Assembly: GCA_913055675.1 (NCBI GenBank) | Contig: CAJXKY010000004.1 | Span: 7,178 to 71,177 of the forward strand | DNA: 64,000 bases | Direction: 5' to 3' | Origin: an uncultured Halanaerobiales bacterium | GTDB lineage: Bacteria; Bacillota; Halanaerobiia; Halanaerobiales; M55B127 | In this document: positions 17,444-27,834 of the stretch, piece after piece | Layout of the letters: each line of letters begins with the position of its first letter | Position numbering within the stretch: position 1 is the stretch's first letter | Program-made: the position numbers and the translations under genes | The notes under the pieces: generated by a model | What the model was told of the DNA's origin: nothing | Databases searched by the model: none | Seen by the model: the letters and a program-made list of their open reading frames with translations, nothing else

Positions 17444-20026
17444 ATGTTAGATTTTTTGAAAAATTTATTTAAAGATCCGAACGAAAAGGAACTGGAAAGA
17501 TTACAAGTAATTGTTGATGAAATAAATAGTTTAGAAAGTAAGATGCAAGAACTTTCAGACTCTGAACTTAAGGCTAAAACTGAAGAATTTAAACAGAGAT
17601 ATCAAGACGGAGAGAGTTTAGATGATCTTTTACCAGAAACGTTTGCAGTAGTTCGAGAAGCTTCTCAGCGTTCTACAGATGAAGGATTTAGACACTTCGA
17701 TGTCCAGCTGATGGGTGGAATCGTATTACATGAAGGTAAAATAGCTGAGATGAAAACCGGTGAAGGTAAAACCTTGGTTGCTACCCTCCCAGTTTATCTA
17801 AATGCTTTGACTGGTAAAGGTGTACATGTTGTTACAGTAAATGATTATCTGGCTAAAAGAGATAGTGAATGGATGGGCCAGATTTATGAATTTTTAAATA
17901 TGGATGTAGGCGTTGTTCTGAGCGGGATGAATGCTCAGGAGAGAAAAGAAGCCTATGATGCTGATGTAACTTATGGAACTAATAATGAATTTGGTTTTGA
18001 TTATTTAAGAGCTAACATGGCAACAAATCCTGATAATGTAATCCAACATGATTTCCATTATGCGATTCTTGATGAAGTCGACAGTATTTTAATTGATGAA
18101 GCAAGAACTCCGTTAATCATCTCAGGTCCTGTACAAGAAAAACCAAGTGATTATCGTAAATTCAATAGGATTATTCCTAAGTTAGAAGAAGATAAACATT
18201 ATGAATTAGATGAAAAGAATAATAATGTTACTCTAACTGAAGAGGGAGTTCATAAAGTTGAAGATCAACTTGGAATTGATAACCTGTTTGATGAAGAAAA
18301 CTTTAGTTTACATCACCAGGTGAATCAGGCTCTTAGAGCACATACATTAATGAAAAGAGATCGAGACTATATAGTAGATGATGGCAAGGTGAAAATTGTT
18401 GATGAATTTACTGGCCGTGTAATGGAAGGAAGACGCTATAGTGAAGGTCTTCACCAAGCTATTGAAGCAAAAGAAAGAGTTTCTGTTCAAAAAGGAAGCC
18501 AGACTTTTGCCCGGATTACCCTGCAAAATTACTTCAGAATGTATGATAAACTTGCTGGGATGACAGGTACTGCTAAAACTGAAGAAGAAGAATTTATTAA
18601 AATATATGATATGGAAGTAATTGTAATTCCAACTAATGAACCTTTAATCAGGGACAACAAACCAGATCTTGTATTTAAAGATGAAGAAGCAAAGTTTAAG
18701 GCGGTAGTTGATGAGATTGAAGAAAGACATGAAAAAGGCCAACCCTTATTAGTTGGTACTGTTGATATTGATAAATCCGAAAAGTTAAGTAGAATGTTGA
18801 AAAGAAGAGGTATTAAGCATAATGTACTTAATGCTAAAAACCATAAAAAAGAAGCTGAAATAATAAAGGATGCTGGCCAGAAAAATAGTGTAACTATTGC
18901 TACTAACATGGCTGGTAGAGGTACTGATATTGTTCTAGGTGAAGGTGTAGTAGAAGTAGGTGGCTTACATGTACTTGGTACAGAACGTCATGAAAGTCGT
19001 AGGATAGACAATCAGCTGAGAGGTCGTGCAGGTCGTCAAGGAGATCCCGGTTCTTCACAGTTCTTTGTTTCTCTTGAAGATGATCTATTAAGACTATTTG
19101 GATCTGATAATATAAGTGCTTTAATGGATAAAGTAGGACTGGAAGATGACCAGCCTATTCAGCATAAAATGATTACTAATGCTATTGAAAAGGCCCAGAA
19201 AAAAGTTGAGGGCCGTAATTTTGATATTAGAAAGGCTATCTTGCAGTATGATGATATCTTAAATAAACAACGACAAGTAATATATGATCAGAGAGGTAAA
19301 GTTCTCTTTTCTGATAAGATGGATGATGTAATTTTTGGTCTCTTAGAAAAATTAATAGATGATATCACAGAAAGTTATCTTTCAGAAGATATACATCCTA
19401 GTGAATGGGATCTTGAAGGTATGGTTGAATATCTAAATAAATTCTACTTTACTGAAGAACTCACAGCTGAAAGACTTGAAAATAAAGAAAAAGAAGAAAT
19501 TAAAGATTACTTGATTGAATTTGGTAAAAAGATATATAGAGATAAAGAAGAGAAGTTTTCACAAGAAAACATGAATCAGCTTGCTAAGCATATTGCGTTA
19601 AGAGTAATTGATAGAAATTGGATGTCTCATTTAGATAATATGGATGAACTAAGACAGGGAATTGGTCTTCGTGCTTATGGTCAAAAAGATCCTTTAACAG
19701 AGTATAAGTTTGAGTCCTATGATATGTTTAACGAAATGACCAGTTCTATAAGAGAAGATATCATAAGAAGTATCTTCCGTATTGAAGTTCATGAAGACGG
19801 GAACCTTGATCAAAGAAAAACCAATCAAAATTTAAATTACAGTGATGGTGGAACAATTAGTGCCTTATCTACTGCTAAAAACAAAAGAAATCAAAACCAA
19901 AGGAATACTAACCAAAATGAGAAACCAAAGAAAGTAAAAACAGTAGTTAAACCCGATGAACCAGGTAGAAATGATCCCTGTCCCTGTGGCAGTGGTAAAA
20001 AATACAAGAAATGCTGTGGTAGATAA
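17444..20026 (+). CDS. secA: Preprotein translocase ATPase SecA
   Basis: ATG at 17444 after AGGTGG; the track's 32 upstream codons overlap the promoter. MLDFLKNLF..., Walker [31 protein letters not shown] and C-terminal zinc motif [14 protein letters not shown]. Confidence 0.95.
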   Translation: MLDFLKNLFKDPNEKELERLQVIVDEINSLESKMQELSDSELKAKTEEFKQRYQDGESLDDLLPETFAVVREASQRSTDEGFRHFDVQLMGGIVLHEGKIAEMKTGEGKTLVATLPVYLNALTGKGVHVVTVNDYLAKRDSEWMGQIYEFLNMDVGVVLSGMNAQERKEAYDADVTYGTNNEFGFDYLRANMATNPDNVIQHDFHYAILDEVDSILIDEARTPLIISGPVQEKPSDYRKFNRIIPKLEEDKHYELDEKNNNVTLTEEGVHKVEDQLGIDNLFDEENFSLHHQVNQALRAHTLMKRDRDYIVDDGKVKIVDEFTGRVMEGRRYSEGLHQAIEAKERVSVQKGSQTFARITLQNYFRMYDKLAGMTGTAKTEEEEFIKIYDMEVIVIPTNEPLIRDNKPDLVFKDEEAKFKAVVDEIEERHEKGQPLLVGTVDIDKSEKLSRMLKRRGIKHNVLNAKNHKKEAEIIKDAGQKNSVTIATNMAGRGTDIVLGEGVVEVGGLHVLGTERHESRRIDNQLRGRAGRQGDPGSSQFFVSLEDDLLRLFGSDNISALMDKVGLEDDQPIQHKMITNAIEKAQKKVEGRNFDIRKAILQYDDILNKQRQVIYDQRGKVLFSDKMDDVIFGLLEKLIDDITESYLSEDIHPSEWDLEGMVEYLNKFYFTEELTAERLENKEKEEIKDYLIEFGKKIYRDKEEKFSQENMNQLAKHIALRVIDRNWMSHLDNMDELRQGIGLRAYGQKDPLTEYKFESYDMFNEMTSSIREDIIRSIFRIEVHEDGNLDQRKTNQNLNYSDGGTISALSTAKNKRNQNQRNTNQNEKPKKVKTVVKPDEPGRNDPCPCGSGKKYKKCCGR

Positions 20027-20042
20027 TAAGGAGGCTCCTAAG

Positions 20043-21156
20043 ATGAATAGTAATTATAAAGAAAAAATTGAAGCTGTAAAAAAACGTTATAAGGATTTGA
20101 GGGATTTACTTTGACCCTGATAAACTTAAAGCTAAAAGAGATAAATTAGAGGAAAAGATGACAGCTCCTGATTTCTGGGATGATAATGAAGAAGCTACTA
20201 GAGTTAGTAAGAAAGTTGATGAAATAAAAAACAGGATAAATGTTTTAGAAGAAATAAAAGAAGACATTGATGAGATAGAAGTATATATAGAACTAGCTGA
20301 TGAAGAAGAGGAAGATGATCTGTTAGAACAAGCAGATAGCAAAATTAAAAAATTGAAAAGACGACTTGATCGTTTAGAATTAAAGACCAGAATGAATGGT
20401 GAGTATGATCGAAATAATGCGATTCTTTCTATTCATCCCGGGGCAGGAGGTACAGAATCCCAGGACTGGGCAGAAATGTTACTAAGAATGTACGATCGCT
20501 GGGCACAAAAGCATGAATTCGAGGTTAAAACCCTTGATTTTCAAAGTGGTGATGAAGCTGGAGTTAAAAGAGTTACCCTACTTATCAAAGGGGAATATGT
20601 TTTTGGTTATCTAAAAGGTGAAAGAGGAGTCCACAGATTAGTCAGAATTTCTCCATTTGATTCCTCAGGAAGAAGGCACACTTCCTTTGCTTCGGTAGAT
20701 ATTTTACCGGAAGTTGAAGAAGATTTAGACGTTGATATAGATGAACAAGATTTAAAAATGGAAACCTTTCGCGCCAGTGGTGCAGGTGGTCAGCATGTAA
20801 ACACTACAGATTCAGCGGTCAGAATTACCCACCAACCGACTGGGGTTGTAGTTCAGTGTCAAAATGAAAGATCTCAGCATAAAAACAAACAGATGGCCAT
20901 GAAGATTTTAAAAACACGTCTAATGGAATTGAAAAAAGAGGCTCAAGCCGAAAAAATAGATGAGTTAAGAGGCGAATACAAAGAAATCGCCTGGGGCAGC
21001 CAAATTCGTTCTTATGTATTCCACCCCTACAATATGATCAAGGACCACAGAACCGATTTAGAAGAAGGAAATACAGAAAAAGTGATGGATGGTTATATTG
21101 ATGAATTTATAGATGCTTATCTAAAAAAGAATAATAGTGGAGAAATAAATCTTTAA
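20043..21156 (+). CDS. prfB: Peptide chain release factor 2, expressed by +1 programmed frameshift
   Basis: Frame 0: ATG 20043 (RBS AAGGAGG) ... AGG GAT TTA CTT TGA (stop at 20112-20114). The +1 frame from 20113 reads DPDKLKAKRDKLEEKMTAPDFWDD and joins listed ORF 20158..21156. Has SPF (RISPFDS) and GGQ (SGAGGQHVN) motifs. Confidence 0.9.
20099..20115 (+). other. prfB +1 frameshift site
   Basis: Internal SD-like GAGGGA, 4-nt spacer, then slippery CTT TGA C. This is the same architecture as the classical prfB recoding site. Confidence 0.85.
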
Positions 21157-21176
21157 TATAATATCAGGAGGCAGTT

Positions 21177-23108
21177 ATGAATAAAAAAATTCTATATGCA
21201 ATAATAATACTAACCCTTATTATTTCTTTATTTGGAATCAGGGGTCGGTTTATGGTGGAACAATCAAATAAAAATGTAGAACTGGCTTTTGATTATAATT
21301 CTCTTTCAGATATGAGAGAAGAATATAATAACCAGGCTCTCACTTTAGATGATTTAAAAGAGTATGGAGTTAACTCCATAGCAATTTCTCCCCTTAATAT
21401 AAAGAACTTAATTCGAGAAGGGAAAGTGGTTAAACTTGAAAAAAGTGAAATAACAAAAAGGATCTTATTATCAGATAATGAAGAGGCCTTCTGGCAGGAG
21501 TTTCCTGAACATGAAAAAAGCGCCTTTTTAATATTTCAAGAACAAAATAATTTTTATAATAACCTAAAAGCATATCAAAAAGAACTTGATTTAGAGTTTA
21601 AAGAAGTTAATGGTAAAAATATTGTTTTCTTTCCTTACTGGAAAGAAGATTTTTTAAAAATTGATGTTGGTTTTGAAAAAGGTTTAATAGAGGAGATTAA
21701 TGACAAAGGATTTAATGTAGTATTTAGATTTGAAAATAATGATATTAATGATCTTAATTATAAACTTTTAGAGGGAATAAATGAGGAAACAACTGTAGTC
21801 TTTAGCGGTCAGGAGATATTAGGCTTTCCTGATAATATAGAAAAAACTACAGAACTCATCCAAGAGAAAAACAATACTTTTGGATTCATTGAAGCCATAA
21901 TTGCTGTTCAAAAAGGAGAAGATAAGTTAGCAGCTAATTTAGACTATGATATTGTTCGAGTCCATAGTATTACTCAGGATGAGATGAATATATACTCACA
22001 AACCAAAATAGTAAATAGGTATATGCGGGCGATTCGTGAAAGGAACATCCGTTTTTTATATTTACGCCCTATCATTAAAGAAAACAAGGATTTTGCTGCT
22101 GCTAAGTCAATAAACAAAGAATATATTCAAAGCTTAAATAATGAATTAGTCTCAGCGGGATATAATATCAAACGTGCTGAGCCATTTAAACAATTTTCTA
22201 ACAATAGTATTTTCTTGATTTTTAGTGCGCTTGGTAGTCTTGTTGGCGGTATATTGCTTTTAATTGAATTATTTAAAATAAGAGAAGACTTAATTAAATA
22301 TATTTTAACTGTGATTGGTATAATCGGGATATTTATGACTTATTATATATTAGATATAACAATATTTAGGGCTGGTCTTGCCTTGGGAAGTAGTATCGTG
22401 TTTCCTAGTTTAGCAATAATCACCCAGCTTTTAAAAAGGAACAGTAAAAAATCAATTCTAAATTATTTTAAAGCTGCTTTAATTACTATCGCTGGAGCTG
22501 GATATGTTGTGACAGCCTTAGCTGATATAAGTTATCTTACAAAAATAAATCAATTTAGAGGCGTTAAATTAGCATTTTTAATGCCTTTATTGATAGTTAC
22601 TTTTTATTATTTTATGGAATATATAGTAAGAGAAAAAAACACAACCATAAAACAAAAGTTCAATGAAATTTTAGAAATTAATCTTAAAGTTAAACACTTA
22701 GTAATCTTAGCTATTGTTGCCCTGGCTGGTATTTACTATATTTTAAGAACGGGAAATTTTCCAATTCTTGATATTCCCGCCATCGAAGAAAAGTTCAGAG
22801 TATTATTAGAAGAGATCCTTTATGTTAGACCCAGATTCAAAGAATTTTTAATTGGACATCCGACCTTTATAGTTGCACTTTATTTCTTTAAAAATATAAA
22901 GAACAATTATAGTTTGTTTTTCTTGAGTCTCTTGGCAGTTATTGGGCAGTTGAATATAATTAACTCTTTTGCTCATATTCATACTCCATTATTAATTTCA
23001 CTTCTAAGAACAGTGCATGGTTTATGGATCGGACTTCTTTTAGGTTTGGCTGCTGTGTTAGTGATAAGATATCTAATTAATTTAACTCAAAACCAAAGGG
23101 TGAATTAA
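21177..23108 (+). CDS. Polytopic membrane protein (DUF5693-like) associated with csaB
   Basis: 643 aa. N-terminal TM segment, soluble domain of roughly 320 aa, then multiple C-terminal TM helices. Abuts csaB. Family name recalled, not searched. Confidence 0.6.
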   Translation: MNKKILYAIIILTLIISLFGIRGRFMVEQSNKNVELAFDYNSLSDMREEYNNQALTLDDLKEYGVNSIAISPLNIKNLIREGKVVKLEKSEITKRILLSDNEEAFWQEFPEHEKSAFLIFQEQNNFYNNLKAYQKELDLEFKEVNGKNIVFFPYWKEDFLKIDVGFEKGLIEEINDKGFNVVFRFENNDINDLNYKLLEGINEETTVVFSGQEILGFPDNIEKTTELIQEKNNTFGFIEAIIAVQKGEDKLAANLDYDIVRVHSITQDEMNIYSQTKIVNRYMRAIRERNIRFLYLRPIIKENKDFAAAKSINKEYIQSLNNELVSAGYNIKRAEPFKQFSNNSIFLIFSALGSLVGGILLLIELFKIREDLIKYILTVIGIIGIFMTYYILDITIFRAGLALGSSIVFPSLAIITQLLKRNSKKSILNYFKAALITIAGAGYVVTALADISYLTKINQFRGVKLAFLMPLLIVTFYYFMEYIVREKNTTIKQKFNEILEINLKVKHLVILAIVALAGIYYILRTGNFPILDIPAIEEKFRVLLEEILYVRPRFKEFLIGHPTFIVALYFFKNIKNNYSLFFLSLLAVIGQLNIINSFAHIHTPLLISLLRTVHGLWIGLLLGLAAVLVIRYLINLTQNQRVN

Positions 23109-24206
23109 ATGAAGCGTATTTTGGTTTCGGGGTATTTCGGGTTTAACAACCTTGGTGATGAAGCTATCCTAAATAGTATGATTCAAATGATCAAGGAATT
23201 AGTTCCTGATGCAAAAATCATCGTATTATCCAATTCACCTGAAAGTACGAAAGTTAAGTATAATACTGAATCAATCTATCGTTATGATATATTTAGGATA
23301 ATGTCAGAGATGAAAAGAAGTGAAATCTTTATTAGTGGAGGTGGAAGCCTGCTGCAAGACGTTACAAGTTTGCGGTCAGTTCCATATTATCTAGGTCTAA
23401 TATTTTTAGCACTAATTTTTGAGATGAAAACTATATTTTTTGCTCAAGGAGTAGGTCCTGTTAAAAACAAAGTTTTTCGTTTTTTGATAGAAAAAGTTTT
23501 AAATAGAGTTGATTATTTATCAGTAAGAGATAAGAAATCAAAAACATTTTTAGAAGAGATCGGAATAAAAAAGAATAAAATTAATTGTATAGATGATCCT
23601 GTATTTGCTCTAAATTTATCTAATTCTAAGTTAGATAAAAAAGTAAAAAAAGATGATGAAATAAAAAATATAGGGGTTTCGGTCCGAAATTGGTATCAGA
23701 ATAGTTATCTTGACTCTCTAGCCGAATTTTTAAATATATTGGGTAAGAAAAATAATATATCAATTACGATAATTCCCTTTCATCAGGGAAAAGATATTGA
23801 TATTAGTAAAAAGTTACAGGGGATGTTAGAAGTTGATTCCCGGCTTAGAAGTTATACTGATAATTTAGATGAGGTCAATAATTTTTATAAAAAGCTTGAT
23901 TTGTTTATAGGTGTAAGATTACATTCTTTAATATTTTCAGCAGTAAATAAGATTCCTTTTATAGGGATAAGTTATGATCCCAAAACTGATAGTTTGCTTG
24001 AAGAAATGGGCTATCAAGATAAAGTTACTACAGAAAATGTAACAGCTGAAAAGCTGCAAAGTTCCTATCATAAAATTATAAATCAAGAAGAAGAAATAAA
24101 AGAAAAAATAACTAGGATTGTTAGGAAAAAGGGCAAAAATGTAAAAGAATCTTTAGCCCTATTAATAACAGATTTGAAAGGTGAAAAAGTTGAAAGAAAA
24201 GACTAA
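23109..24206 (+). CDS. csaB: Polysaccharide pyruvyl transferase CsaB
   Basis: 365 aa. MKRILVSGYFGFNNLGDEAIL, ISGGGSLLQDVTS and GVRLHSLIF are typical of CsaB. Confidence 0.8.
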   Translation: MKRILVSGYFGFNNLGDEAILNSMIQMIKELVPDAKIIVLSNSPESTKVKYNTESIYRYDIFRIMSEMKRSEIFISGGGSLLQDVTSLRSVPYYLGLIFLALIFEMKTIFFAQGVGPVKNKVFRFLIEKVLNRVDYLSVRDKKSKTFLEEIGIKKNKINCIDDPVFALNLSNSKLDKKVKKDDEIKNIGVSVRNWYQNSYLDSLAEFLNILGKKNNISITIIPFHQGKDIDISKKLQGMLEVDSRLRSYTDNLDEVNNFYKKLDLFIGVRLHSLIFSAVNKIPFIGISYDPKTDSLLEEMGYQDKVTTENVTAEKLQSSYHKIINQEEEIKEKITRIVRKKGKNVKESLALLITDLKGEKVERKD

Positions 24207-24921
24207 AATTCTCACCCTCAATATTGATAATATTACAATGGATAAGTTAATTGACAAATTACTTAGTGATCTTGAAACTGAGACTAAAAATCTAATATTT
24301 ACTCCCAATTCCGAAATAGTTGTTCGGGCTTATGATAAGCCTCAATTTGCAAGGATCTTAAACTCAGCAGATTATTTAGTACCGGACGGAGCTGGTTTGC
24401 TACTGGCAGCTAAAATTCTTGGTGAACCTCTACAAGAAAGAGTTGCCGGCTATGATTTGATGAGAAATTTACTGAAAAGAATTTCTGATAAAGACTATTC
24501 GGTCTATTTTTTAGGAGGAAAACCAGGTATAATAGACTTAGCAGTAAAAAATGTAAGAAAAGAGTTGCCTGAGATTAATATGGCTGGTTTTCATCATGGA
24601 TATCTTGATAGAGATAATAAAAAAGAAATAATTAGTGAGATCAATAGAATAAACCCTGATTTACTTTTTGTAGGGATGGGGGTTCCTTTACAGGAAGAGT
24701 TTTTTAACAATAATTTTGATGATTTAAACATAAAACTAGGTTTAGCAGTTGGGGGCAGTTTTGATGTTTTGGCAGGCCAAACAGAACGAGCACCCTTATG
24801 GATGCAGAAAATGTATCTAGAATGGTTTTATCGCTTACTCCAAGAACCGAAAAGGATTAAGAGAATGTTGGCTATACCGCGCTTTTTAATGTTGGTTTTT
24901 AAAGAAAAGTTTGGATTATAA
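24181..24921 (+). CDS. WecB/TagA/CpsF family glycosyltransferase
   Basis: 246 aa; start 24181 (GTG) or 24190 (TTG). FTPNSEIVV, LVPDGAGLLLAAK, GMGVPLQEEF and WFYRLLQEPKR are family motifs. Confidence 0.8.
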   Translation: MKKLKEKTKILTLNIDNITMDKLIDKLLSDLETETKNLIFTPNSEIVVRAYDKPQFARILNSADYLVPDGAGLLLAAKILGEPLQERVAGYDLMRNLLKRISDKDYSVYFLGGKPGIIDLAVKNVRKELPEINMAGFHHGYLDRDNKKEIISEINRINPDLLFVGMGVPLQEEFFNNNFDDLNIKLGLAVGGSFDVLAGQTERAPLWMQKMYLEWFYRLLQEPKRIKRMLAIPRFLMLVFKEKFGL

Positions 24922-24954
24922 AAAATACATGGTTTGAAAGGATGCGATAATATA

Positions 24955-26106
24955 ATGTTTAAAAACAAAAAGAAAATTATAGCAGTATTGTTGATCATAT
25001 TTGTATTATCTGTTGGTGGATTTAAGGTTATAGCAGATGAGTTAACACCTCTACAAAATTTACAAAATGTAATTTATCTGATAGATAATTATTATGTTGA
25101 AGATAAAGATCTAGATGAACTTGTTGATTCTGCAATCAGTGGAATGTTGAATGAATTAGATCCCTATTCTTCATATTTGAGTCCTGATGAATATGAAGAA
25201 ATGCAAATCGAATTCGATGGAGAGTTCGGAGGGATTGGTATTGTAATAACAATCCGTGAAGAAAAACTAACTATCGTTTCTCCTATAAAAAATACTCCAG
25301 GTGATAAAGCAAACTTACAAGCAGGAGATGTAATTAAAGCAATAAATGGAAATCTTACTTCAAAAATGTCTCAAGATAAAGCAGTAGACATTATGAGAGG
25401 TAAACCTGGGACAGATGTAACTTTAACAATTTCTCGTGAAGATACTGAAGATTTTGATGTTGAAATTACAAGAGCAAATATCGAAGTCCCATATGTAGAA
25501 CACAGTATGGAAACTGATAAAATAGGTTATTTATCCATCAATCAGTTTGCGAAAGATGTTGGTTATGATACTCAAAAAGCACTTAAAGATTTAAAATCAC
25601 AGGGTGCTGAAGCTCTCATATTAGATTTGCGTTCCAACCCAGGCGGTATTTTAGAGGAATCCGTTAAGGTTGCAAGTAATTTCATTGAAGATGGTAAAGT
25701 TGTAACCGTAAAAAGCAGAACTAAAGATGATGAAGTATTCAATACAGTCTCTGACATAGGGGCCATAGATCTGCCCATGATTGTTTTAATTAATCAAGGT
25801 AGTGCAAGTGCTTCTGAAATAGTAGCAGGAGCTATTGCGGACTATAACAGAGGTATTCTATTAGGCATGAAGACATTTGGTAAGGGTACTGTCCAAACTG
25901 TAATACCAATGGGAGATGGATCAGCTTTAAGGCTTACAACTGCCCGTTATTATACACCAAATGGTACTTTTATCCATGAAGAAGGAATAGAACCAAATGT
26001 AGAAGTAGAATTCGACCCCGAAAGTGAAAAAGATAAACAATTACAGAATGCAATTGATTTATTACAAGAACAATTAAAAGATGAGTCTTTAGATAAAGCC
26101 AGTTAG
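24955..26106 (+). CDS. S41 family carboxy-terminal processing peptidase
   Basis: ATG at 24955 gives MFKNKKKIIAVLLIIFVL (signal anchor). PDZ segment GDVIKAING. Catalytic motifs NQGSASASEI and TFGKGTVQ. Confidence 0.85.
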   Translation: MFKNKKKIIAVLLIIFVLSVGGFKVIADELTPLQNLQNVIYLIDNYYVEDKDLDELVDSAISGMLNELDPYSSYLSPDEYEEMQIEFDGEFGGIGIVITIREEKLTIVSPIKNTPGDKANLQAGDVIKAINGNLTSKMSQDKAVDIMRGKPGTDVTLTISREDTEDFDVEITRANIEVPYVEHSMETDKIGYLSINQFAKDVGYDTQKALKDLKSQGAEALILDLRSNPGGILEESVKVASNFIEDGKVVTVKSRTKDDEVFNTVSDIGAIDLPMIVLINQGSASASEIVAGAIADYNRGILLGMKTFGKGTVQTVIPMGDGSALRLTTARYYTPNGTFIHEEGIEPNVEVEFDPESEKDKQLQNAIDLLQEQLKDESLDKAS

Positions 26107-26124
26107 GAAGGTGAAATACTAAAA

Positions 26125-26781
26125 GTGAGTGTATTTAATGTATTAGGACCAATTATGATTGGACCTTCCAGTTCTCATACGGCAGGGGCAGTCAAAGTGG
26201 GCTATCTAGCCCGGTCCATATTTAAAGATAAATTGAATAAAGCAGATATACATTTACATGGTTCTTTTGCAAGAACATTTAAAGGCCATGGAACAGACCG
26301 CGCTTTAGTGGGCGGTCTGTTAGGTTTTAAACCTGATGATGAAAGAATAAGGAATTCACTTCAGATCGCGAAAGAACGTAATGTAGAAATAGATTTTAAT
26401 CTTTCAGACCTCAGAGGGGTTCATCCCAATACTGCTAAACTTGATTTAGTAGGAGAAAATAAAGAGATGTCAATAATCGGTTCTTCGATTGGAGGCAGTC
26501 GGATTAAAATTATTCAAATCGATGACTATGAGGTTGACTTTTCTGGTGAAATGCCGACTCTTTGGGTTCTCCATAAAGATGAACCGGGAGAAATTGGTAT
26601 AATAACTTCAATATTGGGTAATTATAAATTAAACATTGCTCGAATGGTAGTATTTAGGAATAAAAAAGGTGAGGTTGGTTCTGCAATTATAGAACTTGAC
26701 CATAAAGTTAATGATTATGTAATTTCCAATTTGGAAAATATGGATGATATATATCAAGTGAGATATGTGGAGCCCTTTTAA
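26125..26781 (+). CDS. sdaAB: L-serine dehydratase, iron-sulfur-dependent, beta subunit
   Basis: 218 aa. VFNVLGPIMIGPSSSHTAGAVKVG and a C-terminal ACT-like domain. Confidence 0.9.
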   Translation: MSVFNVLGPIMIGPSSSHTAGAVKVGYLARSIFKDKLNKADIHLHGSFARTFKGHGTDRALVGGLLGFKPDDERIRNSLQIAKERNVEIDFNLSDLRGVHPNTAKLDLVGENKEMSIIGSSIGGSRIKIIQIDDYEVDFSGEMPTLWVLHKDEPGEIGIITSILGNYKLNIARMVVFRNKKGEVGSAIIELDHKVNDYVISNLENMDDIYQVRYVEPF

Positions 26782-26794
26782 GGAGGAATTCTAA

Positions 26795-27661
26795 GTGCAT
26801 TATAATAGAATTGAAAATTTAATAGATAAAGCAGTTCAAGATGATATTAAAATAAGTCAGATTGTAATAGAAGAAGAAATTGAAGAAAGAGAGACAACTC
26901 GAACTGCTGTAATAGAAAAAATGAATGAAAATTTAAATGTAATGAAAGAATCAATAAAAGAAGGGCTAAAAAAGGATCATACTTCAGCTAGTGGATTAAC
27001 AGGTGGAGAAGCATTAACGATGCAGAATTCTGATAATATTTTGGGTGGTAATCTTTATAGAGATGTTGTTGTTAAAGCTTTAGCTGTCTCTGAAATAAAT
27101 GCTTGTATGGGTAAAGTAGTGGCTGGTCCTACTGCAGGAGCCAGTGGAATCGTACCTGCTGTCTTATTATCTTTGGCTGAAAAATATGATATAGAAGATG
27201 AAAAGATAATAAAGGCTTTATTTACGGCAGGTGGATTAGGAGAAATAGTCTCTAAAAAAGCCACTCTTGCAGGTGCAGAAGGAGGTTGTCAGGCAGAATG
27301 CGGAGTTGGTTCTGCAATGGCTGCCGGAGCTGCTGTAGATTTAATGGGAGGAACTCCAGAACAAGTTGGAGACGCTTTTGCTCTAGCTTTAAAAAATCTA
27401 TTGGGACTTGTTTGTGATCCGGTAGCAGGTTTAGTAGAAGTTCCCTGTGTAAAAAGAAATGGGTTTGCTGCTTCGCATGCTTTAACAGCAGTTAATATGG
27501 CCTTAAGCGGAATTGGTAGTGTTATACCACCAGATGAAGTTATTGAAGCCATGATGGAAGTTGGAGATTTAATGTCAGTTAGTTTAAAAGAAACTTCTGA
27601 AGCAGGCTTGGCAACTACCGAAACCGGTAGAAAAATCGCAGAGGATTTGAAAGATATTTAA
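26795..27661 (+). CDS. sdaAA: L-serine dehydratase, iron-sulfur-dependent, alpha subunit
   Basis: 288 aa, GTG start with AAGGAGG RBS. GPTAGASGIVPAV, GGCQAECGVGSAMAA and LVCDPVAGLVEVPC. Confidence 0.9.
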   Translation: MHYNRIENLIDKAVQDDIKISQIVIEEEIEERETTRTAVIEKMNENLNVMKESIKEGLKKDHTSASGLTGGEALTMQNSDNILGGNLYRDVVVKALAVSEINACMGKVVAGPTAGASGIVPAVLLSLAEKYDIEDEKIIKALFTAGGLGEIVSKKATLAGAEGGCQAECGVGSAMAAGAAVDLMGGTPEQVGDAFALALKNLLGLVCDPVAGLVEVPCVKRNGFAASHALTAVNMALSGIGSVIPPDEVIEAMMEVGDLMSVSLKETSEAGLATTETGRKIAEDLKDI

Positions 27662-27755
27662 TTTTTTAGTCAGGTAAATATTTTTGGCTATTTTTAGTAA
27701 TAATTACTATTACAAATAAGTATTTTCTGTTCAAATAAAATTAACGTCTTTGAAA

Positions 27756-27795
27756 TGAACGTTTGTTTGCACAACTGATTAATATATAGTATAAT
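27756..27795 (+). promoter_or_regulatory. uvrB promoter with overlapping LexA (Cheo-box-like) site
   Basis: TGAACGTTTGTTTG (27756-27769) fits GAAC-N4-GTTY. It overlaps the -35 TTGCAC (27767-27772); 17-nt spacer, then TATAAT (27790-27795). Confidence 0.45.
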
Positions 27796-27834
27796 ATCCA
27801 CAGGTAAAATAATTAAACTAAAGGTGAAATTATT

